Part shown: positions 47,278 through 57,173 of the stretch, piece after piece
How the letters are laid out: each line of letters opens with the position of its first letter
Numbering within the stretch: the first letter of the stretch is position 1
DNA from: a virus
Virus record (IMG/VR): IMGVR_UViG_3300014835_000071
Coordinates: 27,338-91,337 of that record
Length of the DNA stretch: 64,000 nt
Reading direction: 5' to 3' (one strand)
The notes under the pieces: model-generated
The model's input: only the letters and a program-made list of their open reading frames with translations
The model's database searches: none
What the model was told of the DNA's origin: nothing
Translations under genes and position numbers: made by a program

Positions 47278-49740
47278 TCAAACAGTAATGCGATCATTTC
47301 TAAATATCAAATAGGTTTCATTTTGTCTACCATCAATTGAATCTATAATAAATCGATCAACGGTATAGTCTAGTAATTTAAAATCAAACCCACTATGTTT
47401 TATATTCAATATGATATCAGCTGCCATGCCAATTTTACAATAACACAATGGTACTGCTAATACAAAACCAATTTCACTCCTGGTGCCAGGTTGTATAGTT
47501 CGCATCCACAATGGTAAATAATTGCGTTCAGTATCACCAATTTTACCCAATCGATCTTGCCAATTTGAAATACTATTTGGAAAATACGAGGTTGGGGTAG
47601 GATCAGATGTCGTATACCCGGTGCTATCAACAGTTATCACCGACGATGGTCTTGTCATGTCCGGTGAATAATTGGATAAGTTGTCAATTGTATTACTCCA
47701 CAATGAATTACTTTCATCCATTGTTATAGCAGGCGTAAGGCGACCACCACGAATCATATTAGGCAATCGTTTGTGATTAGGTTCAAGAGCATCTATCATT
47801 TCTATATAAACCACCTCATACACACCTTCGTGTGTACCTGGCACAATCGCAGTCGCAGATTTAACCATACCAAATTGAAATCTCTTTTTCTTATGATTTA
47901 ACCCCATTGCACCAATATACGCAGCTGGTGCTGAAGTTGCTATCCCCGCATATACTAGCATGGATAATCCAGTTTGTATACCAAAATTAGCATCATTCAG
48001 TCTATATATGCTAGTCGGTGTGAATATAGCATTGTCATTAATAAAATTCTTCCATATCACACGATGCGGTATACTTAACAATGGTCGTGTCTGGATATTA
48101 CTATACAGTACCTGATTGACGGTTAATACCTGTAATTTAAATTCTCTGGTAATGGTACTATAGCCACATCGTTCCCGCGCCTCTATGGTAAATGTAAATA
48201 ATCTATCAAAACTAATAACTCCACCATCAAACGTAGTGGTGTATGATTTATTATAATCAAATGTAGTTAACCCAACTGTACCGGTTTCATTATTAGATAT
48301 CTGATTAACAACACCTATTATCTCACCATCCAATGTCAGCGTCAACCCGCTTGGCAAGTTTCCACTAATCACTCGGTATAGAATGACTGAATTTGTCACG
48401 GTACTAATAGCAACTACTTTTAATTCACTCACGTAATTGGCGTTAATGGAGTTTAAGAAATATGGAGTGTCCCATGTAATAACACTATCGACATCACCCA
48501 TTAACTGCACGGTGAAAGTTCGCATGGCATTGACCTTAAATTCACCAGTTTCACTGTATCTGGTCGCGTTGATGGTAAATCTATACGTCATCGTGATTGC
48601 AGGTTGAAATGGAATTCTACCATACACTTCAGCACTGGCAGGATCAAACACCATACCAGGTGGCAATCCATATAACCCCCACTTAGTGGAATCATACGAA
48701 CTAGTTGAACGATGATCCATCAAACAAATATAGGAAATCTCACCATCGTACATTAAGTCATTTAATAAATAATTATGATTTTGTTTCCAGACATCTTTAG
48801 CTTCTTCAATATTATATACCACTTGATCACCAGTATCATATGTGTCTAAAAACAACACTAAATAATTATTAGCTCTAAACATGCCTAAATTACTTCTAGT
48901 TAGCCACACTGGCTCTCTTAAATATGAAACGTCAGCAGTGAATACACCTGATGGAAGTGGCGATGTATTATTATCAGCTCTGAAATAATCATCACCGACT
49001 ACAAAAATACTAAAAGTACGCCTAGCAACCGAGTCACCGTCAGTTATCGATATAGTAAATTGATAATTTCTGTTGAGTTTCTTAGGTGTAAATGTCGGTA
49101 AATTATAATCAAAATTAACAGTATCATAAATGTAACTATCATAGCCGTTAGTGGATCTATATCCAAAGTCATAAGCAATGACATCATAAAAACCAGTATC
49201 ATACCATCCATTTCCATCAGCGGTAGTGATCGATATAGCTGGTTTCACCAACCCGATAAGTCTGCCATCATCGCTTAAGACTAGGCCAGGTGGCAATTCA
49301 CCTGAATCATCTTCAATAAAATAACTTAAATGCTGTCCTGTGGCAGTATCTGTATCAAATGCTTCAATTTGATAATCGACATACGTATTATCCAATACAA
49401 AATACTGCTTATGTAATCCAATATCCAGACTACCAGCGGCAGTTGTAAAAATGGGTTCATCAGCACCATCTATCGTTATCTTAAATGTTCTATCGGAGAC
49501 ATTCACACCGTCACTGGCACGTATACAAAATATAAACTCAGTAGACGCGGATACTTCATATGGGGTACCTACTATTTCGGAATTAACTAATCGTAATCCA
49601 TGCGGCAAACTTCCGGCAATTAATGTATAGGTGATATCAATAATCCCGGTTACCACCGGTAATAATTGCAAAAATCTAACGCGTTCTGAAAAAGCTCCAA
49701 ATGAATGCCCTGATCGTTCCGTCCATACTGCTAATGTCAT
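47278..49740 (-). CDS. Baseplate wedge-like structural protein with repeated He_PIG-type Ig domains
   Basis: Start reassigned to ATG 49740 (AGGGA RBS); 820 aa; four (G.)LP.G(L/M).L...G.I.G.P...F.(I/F).A repeats; CBM5/12-like insert at 48679-48789. Confidence 0.7.
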   Translation of the reverse strand: MTLAVWTERSGHSFGAFSERVRFLQLLPVVTGIIDITYTLIAGSLPHGLRLVNSEIVGTPYEVSASTEFIFCIRASDGVNVSDRTFKITIDGADEPIFTTAAGSLDIGLHKQYFVLDNTYVDYQIEAFDTDTATGQHLSYFIEDDSGELPPGLVLSDDGRLIGLVKPAISITTADGNGWYDTGFYDVIAYDFGYRSTNGYDSYIYDTVNFDYNLPTFTPKKLNRNYQFTISITDGDSVARRTFSIFVVGDDYFRADNNTSPLPSGVFTADVSYLREPVWLTRSNLGMFRANNYLVLFLDTYDTGDQVVYNIEEAKDVWKQNHNYLLNDLMYDGEISYICLMDHRSTSSYDSTKWGLYGLPPGMVFDPASAEVYGRIPFQPAITMTYRFTINATRYSETGEFKVNAMRTFTVQLMGDVDSVITWDTPYFLNSINANYVSELKVVAISTVTNSVILYRVISGNLPSGLTLTLDGEIIGVVNQISNNETGTVGLTTFDYNKSYTTTFDGGVISFDRLFTFTIEARERCGYSTITREFKLQVLTVNQVLYSNIQTRPLLSIPHRVIWKNFINDNAIFTPTSIYRLNDANFGIQTGLSMLVYAGIATSAPAAYIGAMGLNHKKKRFQFGMVKSATAIVPGTHEGVYEVVYIEMIDALEPNHKRLPNMIRGGRLTPAITMDESNSLWSNTIDNLSNYSPDMTRPSSVITVDSTGYTTSDPTPTSYFPNSISNWQDRLGKIGDTERNYLPLWMRTIQPGTRSEIGFVLAVPLCYCKIGMAADIILNIKHSGFDFKLLDYTVDRFIIDSIDGRQNETYLIFRNDRITV

Positions 49741-49756
49741 TGTGATCCCTATGAAT

Positions 49757-50326
49757 TTAATTGTTGACTTGGAAGAACTTACCAAAATCAAGATTATTCG
49801 CGACAGGTGGATTAATAAACCCACCAAAATCAACGGTGTACCCATTGGCAGATGTGACGTAACCAGTTGGCATTATAAAAAATCCAAAATCTATCATAGC
49901 TTGATTTGATTCTACCATGATAGTCACTATTGCATTTAATAATTGCACATCAATGCCCCATATCGTAGATTCAATGCCACCAGTGCCATTTCCCTTAATA
50001 AAATGCCCATTTAAGTTTAGGTCAGCGCCTAGTGAAGGTGTGATATCCGATGATAATTTAGTTACTGCTTGTAGATTTACAGTGGTACCTAACGGAGATG
50101 TCATTATCACACTATTATCAATGCTTGTCAATGATTTAAATTCTAATATTGGCTGAGTTAGGTTTTTTTGAGCAAATACACTCACGCCAGTACCAAGTGT
50201 ACTAGCACCAGTAATTTCATACCGGAGTATATCAAAGTTGCTATTTACTTTCTCAAACGCAGTTCGCAAATCATCACCGGTGCCATCATTGGCGTAATTG
50301 CCCAAATTAATTGTTTGTATTGTCAT
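49757..50326 (-). CDS. Baseplate/fibre-connector protein with T4 gp9/gp10-like N-terminus
   Basis: 189 aa; INLGNYANDGTGDDLRTAFEKVNSNF. Confidence 0.75.
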   Translation of the reverse strand: MTIQTINLGNYANDGTGDDLRTAFEKVNSNFDILRYEITGASTLGTGVSVFAQKNLTQPILEFKSLTSIDNSVIMTSPLGTTVNLQAVTKLSSDITPSLGADLNLNGHFIKGNGTGGIESTIWGIDVQLLNAIVTIMVESNQAMIDFGFFIMPTGYVTSANGYTVDFGGFINPPVANNLDFGKFFQVNN

Positions 50327-50345
50327 TAAAATTCCTTATTGCATA

Positions 50346-50353
50346 TATTTAGT
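50346..50353 (-). promoter_or_regulatory. Putative late promoter (ACTAAATA)
   Basis: 19 nt upstream of ATG 50326, followed by AAGGA RBS. Confidence 0.55.
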
Positions 50354-50375
50354 TGGTTTATGCATGTATTATATG

Positions 50376-51050
50376 CTATATAATTACTCCGAAACTTCTT
50401 GTCTTTGTATCAGTTGAAAAAGTTAATGTTTCAGTTAACAATAAGAAACTTGCTATATCGGTTACTATAGTTGCTTCATTAGTAGTTTCAGCAGCACCAT
50501 CATACGCAAATGAGCAAGTATACTTCTTAGTTGCGCCTGTTGCAATTTGATTCCAAATTTCACATATTACAACATCACCAGTTTGAGCACTGACCGCAGT
50601 TGAGGTAATTCCAGTTAGGTAATCGGGATATACCGCATTGACAATGGTCGCTTCACTTCCACCTAAACTGTTACCATTGGAATTATCCCGGATTGTACCC
50701 ACTTTGGTATTTGTACTAGGTCGCCATACATAAACATTAAGTGAGTTTATCCAAAAATTTGCACCTAAATTGGATTCTGAACTACCAGCCAATAATGACA
50801 TAACCCCACCACCGACGGTTTGTGCAGATCGCAATGGTGGACTACAGAAATACCCCATGAAACTACGAGTATTATCAGTGGTCTCAGAAAATGATAAAAC
50901 AACCTGACTAATACCAATAGTCTTGGTCATTGTCCGCATAGTATCGGCACCAACTGCTGTATTATTGGCAGCACCCGCGCCTTGTTCACCAGTTGGAAAT
51001 GAACCACTTAATTGGTTACTCACATTATGAAAATAAAGCTTAGTTGCCAT
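50376..51050 (-). CDS. Hypothetical beta-rich protein in the fibre locus
   Basis: 224 aa; GGAG RBS; Thr/Ser/Gly rich. Confidence 0.7.
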   Translation of the reverse strand: MATKLYFHNVSNQLSGSFPTGEQGAGAANNTAVGADTMRTMTKTIGISQVVLSFSETTDNTRSFMGYFCSPPLRSAQTVGGGVMSLLAGSSESNLGANFWINSLNVYVWRPSTNTKVGTIRDNSNGNSLGGSEATIVNAVYPDYLTGITSTAVSAQTGDVVICEIWNQIATGATKKYTCSFAYDGAAETTNEATIVTDIASFLLLTETLTFSTDTKTRSFGVII

Positions 51051-51345
51051 TTAAATATCTCCCAGAAAGTGTGCAGTTATGCCAATATCGCTGACAATCT
51101 GGCATGATAGGAATATCTAACCGGTCGTTTGGCCCACCACGCTTGTCATAACACGCACCAGCTTCGCCAATAGGCAAACCGGTCCATATTACAAAATCAC
51201 AACCGGTGGCACCAACCCAACATTCACCACACCCATTACACTGCCCATTAATTTCCCAATGTCGCCCATCGTCACTGATGTATTCAACATGGTTATCACT
51301 GATACTAACAATTTTGATAGATGGCATCGATGTTGCTATTTTCAT
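51040..51345 (-). CDS. Small Cys-rich protein with CxxCxxC (putative Fe-S or Zn binding)
   Basis: 101 aa; CNGCGEC plus four more Cys; ATGA overlap with the long fibre gene. Confidence 0.65.
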   Translation of the reverse strand: MKIATSMPSIKIVSISDNHVEYISDDGRHWEINGQCNGCGECWVGATGCDFVIWTGLPIGEAGACYDKRGGPNDRLDIPIMPDCQRYWHNCTLSGRYLNGN

Positions 51346-54300
51346 AATAATGGGGTTACCTTAATATCCAATGTAACACGCGTTACAGTAACCGCGCTAT
51401 CCACCGTAAATTCCAATATATCACCAGCAAGTAGCGCAGTACTCCCCCATCCAGTTAATGTAATATTTTGATTTTTTAATACACTACTAAAGGTTGGTTT
51501 GTTGGTTCCAGCTATACTGACAGTAGTTGGATAATTCGCGTATGTACCTCGTTTAATGTCAACCACTATGCTTCCACTAACATCGCCTAGCATAGTCCAA
51601 CTATTAATAGTACAAGCAAAATCAATTACTAAATGTCCCTTAGAACCAGTGGTTATCACTGAACCACCACCATCTATGACATAATTAATGCTTCTAACGG
51701 TAGCAATTGGTGTTAATGTAATGGTTTGTGTGATGACATCACTAGTGATAACTATGCCGGTATTACCTTCTGCGAACGTAATGCTATCTTCTGGAGTTAT
51801 TGCGTCAATATCAGTCTCATACACACCACTTTTATGTTTGACTCGATGTTTTTTATTACCCTTGGCATAATCAGTAATCGTGATAGTATTTCCAACGATA
51901 GCCATTTGCATACGACCACCTGGCGAAAATATTATATCGTCAGTTGGACTAGTTGCGGTAAATGTACCATCACCCTGAACTGATACCGTTTTTATAACTG
52001 GTTGGGTACCACTTGTTGCAGTATTTGTAATTGTTATACCGCCTGTACCAGAACTTACACTAATACCAGTACCTGCTGTTACACTAGTCACGCCTGTATT
52101 AGTGAACGTTACTGCTCCAGTTGAAGAACTCACACCAATACCAGTACCAGCAACCGCAGATGTCACTGCTGATAAAGTGCCACCTAATGTTATATTTCCA
52201 GATGCAGTGACGGTACCGCTCAGAGTCAGCCCACTAACCGTACCTGTGCCCACTACACTAGTGACTGTACCAACGCCTTTATTATTGAAGTTTGACCAGT
52301 CAGTAGCACTTAGTAGTCCCCTATTCAATGCCGACGATGTTGGTATATTCAATGTAATAACTGGGGAAGTACTACCATTCGTAACTGTACTAGATATATC
52401 ACTGCCAGTTGTTCCCAACGTTAACGCAGCAACGCTCGTGACAGTACCAGTATTGGTAGTAAATCCACTTGGATTGGATGCAGCATAAGCACCAACTGTA
52501 CTAAAATCAATAGTCCGCGCAGTTCCGCCATTATACGAAGTACCAGCACTCGCTCCACCACTAGTATTGAATGTCAAGTTGGCAACAACTGAGCCAGCTG
52601 AACCGGATGTATTAGCAGCATTATTAGGTATATCAGACGAACTTAATACTCGAAATATTGGTATACCAGCGGTTCCAACAGGTGCTGCTAATATAGTATT
52701 GGCACTCTGTGAAGTAAAATTACTAGCAGATACCGCTAATGTACCACCCAACGTTAGATTCCCCAAAGTAGTGATTGAGCCAGATAATGTCAATCCACTG
52801 ACAGTACCAGTACCACCTACGCTAGTTACGGTACCATTTCCCTTGTTATTAAACGCAGACCAATCGGTTGAACTTAATACACCTCGATTCAATGCTGAAG
52901 CAGTTGGTATATTCAATGTTATAACAGGTGTTGATGTGCCACTTGCAACTGTCGATGTTATATCAGTGCCAGTGGTACCGATAGTTAGTGCCGAAATGTT
53001 AGTAACGGTACCCTGTGGATTAGCCGCTGCGGTCACGCCAGTAATGCGTCCGTATGTATCAACTGTAATCACTGGGATTAAAGTTGATGAACCAGTGGTA
53101 CCTATTGTAACAATTCCACTTGATAAATTCACAGTTGGTATAGCACTTGTTCCGGCGATAGTTAGTGTAGTGGAAGACACACTAGTCACAGTGCCATTTC
53201 CCTTGTTATTAAACGCAGACCAATCGGTTGAACTTAACGCACCTCTATTCAAGGCCGAAGCAGTTGGGATATTCAATGTTATTACAGGTGTAGATGTACT
53301 ATTCGTTATAGTTGAAGTGACATCACTGCCAGTAATACCAATTGTTAATGCCGAAACATTAGTGACTGTACCAACATTATTAGTAAATCCACTAGGATTA
53401 GTAATACTATATGGAGTATACCCGAGTCCATCGGTAACCTGCAAGCTTGTCACTGTATTCCCACTAATTGAAGTGACTGTACCGGCATTGCCATCTATAT
53501 TGACACCGGTTAAATCCTGTATCGCACTAACTCGGTTAAATGAAACATTTGTTGTACCAATATAAGCACTTGAAAAAATGACTGGATGATTGGTTATTTT
53601 ACTATAATCCAAACCAGCAATCCAAGATGGGTTATTATATGAACCATTTGTATACACGCCATTAGTGACAGTTGCTGAATTACCATTAATTGAACCAGCT
53701 ATAAGTGAACTAAATGTCTTAATACCAGTGATAGTTTGGTCGCTCATGGTATAAACTCCATTAGTAACAGTACCGGCATTGCCATCTATACTGATACCGG
53801 TTAAATCCTGTATCGCACTAGCTCGGTTAAATGAAACATTTGTTGTACCAATATAAGCACTTGAAAAAATGACTGGATGATTGGTTATTTTACTATAATC
53901 CAAACCAGCAATCCAAGATGGGTTATTATATGAACCATTTGTATACACGCCATTAGTGACAGTTGCTGAATTACCATTAATTGAACCAGCTATAAGTGAA
54001 CTAAATGTCTTAATACCAGTGATAGTTTGGTCGCTCATGGTATAAACTCCATTAGTAACAGTACCGGCATTGCCATCTATACTGATACCGGTTAAATCCT
54101 GTATCGCACTAGCTCGGTTAAATGAAACATTTGTTGTACCAATATAAGCACTTGAAAAAATGACTGGATGATTGGTTATTTTACTATAATCCAAACCAGT
54201 AATCCAAGATGGGTTACTGTATGAACCATTTGTATACACGCCATTAGTGACAGTTGCGGCATTCCCAGATACATTACCAATAAAACTTGAAGCAGTTACG

Positions 54301-57173
54301 GTACCATTAACTGACAGTCCAGTGTTATCAATACTGGCTCGTATTTCTGCGAGAGTGGTCCCACCAGTGAAGAATTGAATAACTTTAGCAGTGGTATCGG
54401 TTCCGATTAATAAATTACCGCCGTTGATGTATAGGTAACCATCATTAGGTGCAAGAATCGGCCAACTTGATTCGGCATATGTACTAGATACAATGCCCAT
54501 ATCAATATAATGACTGGTGTCATTGCCGATATTATTAGTCGCAACATAATCTACCGATGCCAAGAATCCATCACTATGATTTTTAATAACATTCTGCACA
54601 TATGTATCTGCGCTAGCATCAGTCTGCATTGCAGCATTGGGAAAGTCATAATTATTATATGAATTGCCAACGTGAACACTGTATTGAGCAATAATAGTAT
54701 CTGCGTTTAATTGGCGCGTCACTAAACCAGCGCCGTCAGTATCCCAACGGTCATGTAATAAGTTATATAAAAAAGTACGTGCATAACTGTCCGACAATGG
54801 ACCTAATACAATACCACCGCCATCTATATCATCAGCTATAGTTGAATCTGCTGCTAAAAATAACAATTTACCAGCTATAGTTGGTGCAGATGATAAATTA
54901 AAATCAGCAACTGACAATGTACCGGTAATATTCAAATCATGAAAGGTCAAGTTGCTGGTAGTTGCTATCGCTTGTGGCAATGTCAGTGTAATATTTTGAC
55001 CAACGTTATTTACTGAAATCTGTCCAGTACCAGTTGCCGCAATCACACTTAGTATACCAGTTGCCGCAATAGTAACTGCCCCACCAGTGTTATTAATCGT
55101 AATACCAGTACTGGCAGCAACCGAATTGATTATCGATGGCACACCAGACAAATTACTCCACAATAACGTACTTCCACTAGTTAAATAATTAAGATCATTA
55201 GTCCAATATGATATATTTGATGGCTTATCTGCTAAATCTGTCCAACTACCACTAAATGCATCAGTTAACAGTTGATAAGCTGTCAAATCAGGCAACTCAG
55301 TTAAATTGGTGTAACTGTATGTACCCAACCATGCCGTTTGTTGACGTGAAGCGTCACCAAAAGTAATGCCGCTTGATATAGGTAATGAAATATTATTACT
55401 GTCAATGGTCAGTGAAGCCACTCGTGATAACGTGCCGATTGCATAGGTATATATAGTTGACTTAGAACCAAACGCACTACTGGTATAATTTTCAGTGGCA
55501 GAAAATTCAATACTACTAGGTAAAGTGGCCCCAGTTGGGTAATAATTGATGTTTGCAAAACCCAACCCAGCATACCTAGCTAAAATATCACCGGAGATAG
55601 TAGGCGTGGGTGATGCTGCTGTACCACGTGCACTTCGTCCTACGAATATTGGCAGATTACCAGTACCAAACGTGTCCATCGTGATTCTACTAGCATCACC
55701 ATCATATCCAGTTATATGCAGCATACCACCCGCATTAATAACTGGTTGGTAACTGCCATCGGCAGTGCCGATTAGATTTATCGCACCAGAATCACCAGCT
55801 GGGATACGCGGTGGATGTAATGAAACTCGTCCAGTTCGGTCAACGCCAAATGCATGGTTACCAACTGGAGTATTAACTACTATCGGTCGATTGAATATCA
55901 CATCAGCGGTGGCATCGATCGTGCCAATGATAAGATCACGTGCTGGATCGCCTATATATAATTGATTACCCCTAAAGGTAAACTCACCCACTGCCAACCC
56001 AGCGCCGCCAGTGATGACTAAGTTACCATCAATTGCGGTAATTCGTAAATCAATACCTAATATCTCATCTTGAACATATATCGAACCTGCGCCCAACCAT
56101 AATCGTTTAAATCGTTTAGTCGGGGTTCCTAAATCATATAAACTAGTTGATATAGGAATTATTGAGGAATGAGTAATGACATTCCCACCTGAGGTAGCAT
56201 TTAGACTAATATCAGTATTGGCAACTGTACTTATTACCAAACTCGCATTCACCACTGGCCGAACTATAAACACAGTGGTGGCATGCAGTGGTAAAATAAG
56301 TGGATCTGGAATGGTTTTATTTGTTATGATGATATTCGAATATATACCACTACCAATGAATAATACTTCACTTAATAATGGTATATTAATACCTGATATC
56401 ACATCTTCCGTGTGAATAGTCGATGCAGTGGTACTAACTTGGTAAACTGCCCAGCCGCCATTACTGCCACTTATGCCATTTAATAAACCATAATCGCCAA
56501 TTGATAAATTATCAAGATCATCAGTGCTATAATCAACTAATGTATCCAATATTAAATTATCTACAATAATTTCAATACTGGAAGTTTGCTGAACTAAACT
56601 ACCGACTGGTAATTTTAAGCTCGGTACATACACATAGCCGGTGCCATTTGGAATTATATTAATATCACCATCTACATCATTGCCGGAAATGGTCTGGTCT
56701 GATATTGACAAATTACCCAATACATCAACACTAATGGTGCCAGTATTATCAATTACAATAGTGGTATTATCAATTTTAACACCACCAAGTATAACATTAG
56801 TGGCAATAGGTAATGAATATAACTGATTAGTAATAACCCAAGCAGCACTATCATACACGTATAACGAATGATCAGTTAAATTGTACCATAGTGAACCAAG
56901 CATGGGATTACTTGGTGGGTTAGTGGCTATAACAGTTTGCATAGCCACAGTTAAGTCTATTACTTTTGTAATATTATCATACGCAACTTGAATACCCTGG
57001 TGATACCCATCAACTAGCATACCAGCGGCATCATCGCGTATAGATTCCACAAAATTCTCAGTAAAGGTATATATTTCAGTAAAGTTTTGATTTATCTTAT
57101 CAAAAGCGACTCTAAGTGGATCGCCACTCTTATCATTTACTGAAATTCCAATATTAATTAATTTCCTAGTCAT
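51342..57173 (-). CDS. Long tail fibre (1943 aa) with gp9/gp10-like N-terminus and internal repeats
   Basis: INIG...NDKSGDPLRVAFDKINQNF N-terminus; Thr/Ser/Gly-rich shaft with tandem repeats; globular C-terminal tip. Confidence 0.85.
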   Translation of the reverse strand: MTRKLINIGISVNDKSGDPLRVAFDKINQNFTEIYTFTENFVESIRDDAAGMLVDGYHQGIQVAYDNITKVIDLTVAMQTVIATNPPSNPMLGSLWYNLTDHSLYVYDSAAWVITNQLYSLPIATNVILGGVKIDNTTIVIDNTGTISVDVLGNLSISDQTISGNDVDGDINIIPNGTGYVYVPSLKLPVGSLVQQTSSIEIIVDNLILDTLVDYSTDDLDNLSIGDYGLLNGISGSNGGWAVYQVSTTASTIHTEDVISGINIPLLSEVLFIGSGIYSNIIITNKTIPDPLILPLHATTVFIVRPVVNASLVISTVANTDISLNATSGGNVITHSSIIPISTSLYDLGTPTKRFKRLWLGAGSIYVQDEILGIDLRITAIDGNLVITGGAGLAVGEFTFRGNQLYIGDPARDLIIGTIDATADVIFNRPIVVNTPVGNHAFGVDRTGRVSLHPPRIPAGDSGAINLIGTADGSYQPVINAGGMLHITGYDGDASRITMDTFGTGNLPIFVGRSARGTAASPTPTISGDILARYAGLGFANINYYPTGATLPSSIEFSATENYTSSAFGSKSTIYTYAIGTLSRVASLTIDSNNISLPISSGITFGDASRQQTAWLGTYSYTNLTELPDLTAYQLLTDAFSGSWTDLADKPSNISYWTNDLNYLTSGSTLLWSNLSGVPSIINSVAASTGITINNTGGAVTIAATGILSVIAATGTGQISVNNVGQNITLTLPQAIATTSNLTFHDLNITGTLSVADFNLSSAPTIAGKLLFLAADSTIADDIDGGGIVLGPLSDSYARTFLYNLLHDRWDTDGAGLVTRQLNADTIIAQYSVHVGNSYNNYDFPNAAMQTDASADTYVQNVIKNHSDGFLASVDYVATNNIGNDTSHYIDMGIVSSTYAESSWPILAPNDGYLYINGGNLLIGTDTTAKVIQFFTGGTTLAEIRASIDNTGLSVNGTVTASSFIGNVSGNAATVTNGVYTNGSYSNPSWITGLDYSKITNHPVIFSSAYIGTTNVSFNRASAIQDLTGISIDGNAGTVTNGVYTMSDQTITGIKTFSSLIAGSINGNSATVTNGVYTNGSYNNPSWIAGLDYSKITNHPVIFSSAYIGTTNVSFNRASAIQDLTGISIDGNAGTVTNGVYTMSDQTITGIKTFSSLIAGSINGNSATVTNGVYTNGSYNNPSWIAGLDYSKITNHPVIFSSAYIGTTNVSFNRVSAIQDLTGVNIDGNAGTVTSISGNTVTSLQVTDGLGYTPYSITNPSGFTNNVGTVTNVSALTIGITGSDVTSTITNSTSTPVITLNIPTASALNRGALSSTDWSAFNNKGNGTVTSVSSTTLTIAGTSAIPTVNLSSGIVTIGTTGSSTLIPVITVDTYGRITGVTAAANPQGTVTNISALTIGTTGTDITSTVASGTSTPVITLNIPTASALNRGVLSSTDWSAFNNKGNGTVTSVGGTGTVSGLTLSGSITTLGNLTLGGTLAVSASNFTSQSANTILAAPVGTAGIPIFRVLSSSDIPNNAANTSGSAGSVVANLTFNTSGGASAGTSYNGGTARTIDFSTVGAYAASNPSGFTTNTGTVTSVAALTLGTTGSDISSTVTNGSTSPVITLNIPTSSALNRGLLSATDWSNFNNKGVGTVTSVVGTGTVSGLTLSGTVTASGNITLGGTLSAVTSAVAGTGIGVSSSTGAVTFTNTGVTSVTAGTGISVSSGTGGITITNTATSGTQPVIKTVSVQGDGTFTATSPTDDIIFSPGGRMQMAIVGNTITITDYAKGNKKHRVKHKSGVYETDIDAITPEDSITFAEGNTGIVITSDVITQTITLTPIATVRSINYVIDGGGSVITTGSKGHLVIDFACTINSWTMLGDVSGSIVVDIKRGTYANYPTTVSIAGTNKPTFSSVLKNQNITLTGWGSTALLAGDILEFTVDSAVTVTRVTLDIKVTPLL
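52255..53390 (-). repeat. Three diverged ~65-aa repeats in the long fibre
   Basis: GTVT.(V/I).ALT.G.TG.D..ST....TS.PVITLNIPT.SALNRG.LS.TDWS.FNNKG.GTVTSV occurs three times; boundaries approximate. Confidence 0.8.
53479..54257 (-). repeat. ~2.7 tandem copies of a near-identical 291-bp (97-aa) unit
   Basis: gtaccggcattgccatctata starts at 53479, 53770 and 54061; about three substitutions seen between adjacent copies. Confidence 0.95.

Noticed and set aside
52102-53565. Long antisense ORFs (128 and 332 aa) opposite the long fibre, and similar shadows such as 11668-12348 and 31065-32492
   Set aside because: Expected antisense open frames from Thr/Val/Ser-rich codon usage; no RBS, motifs or promoter support.
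53479-54257. Near-identical repeats as DGR template/variable repeats
   Set aside because: Repeats are tandem and in frame, differences are not adenine-specific, and no reverse transcriptase is in the window.
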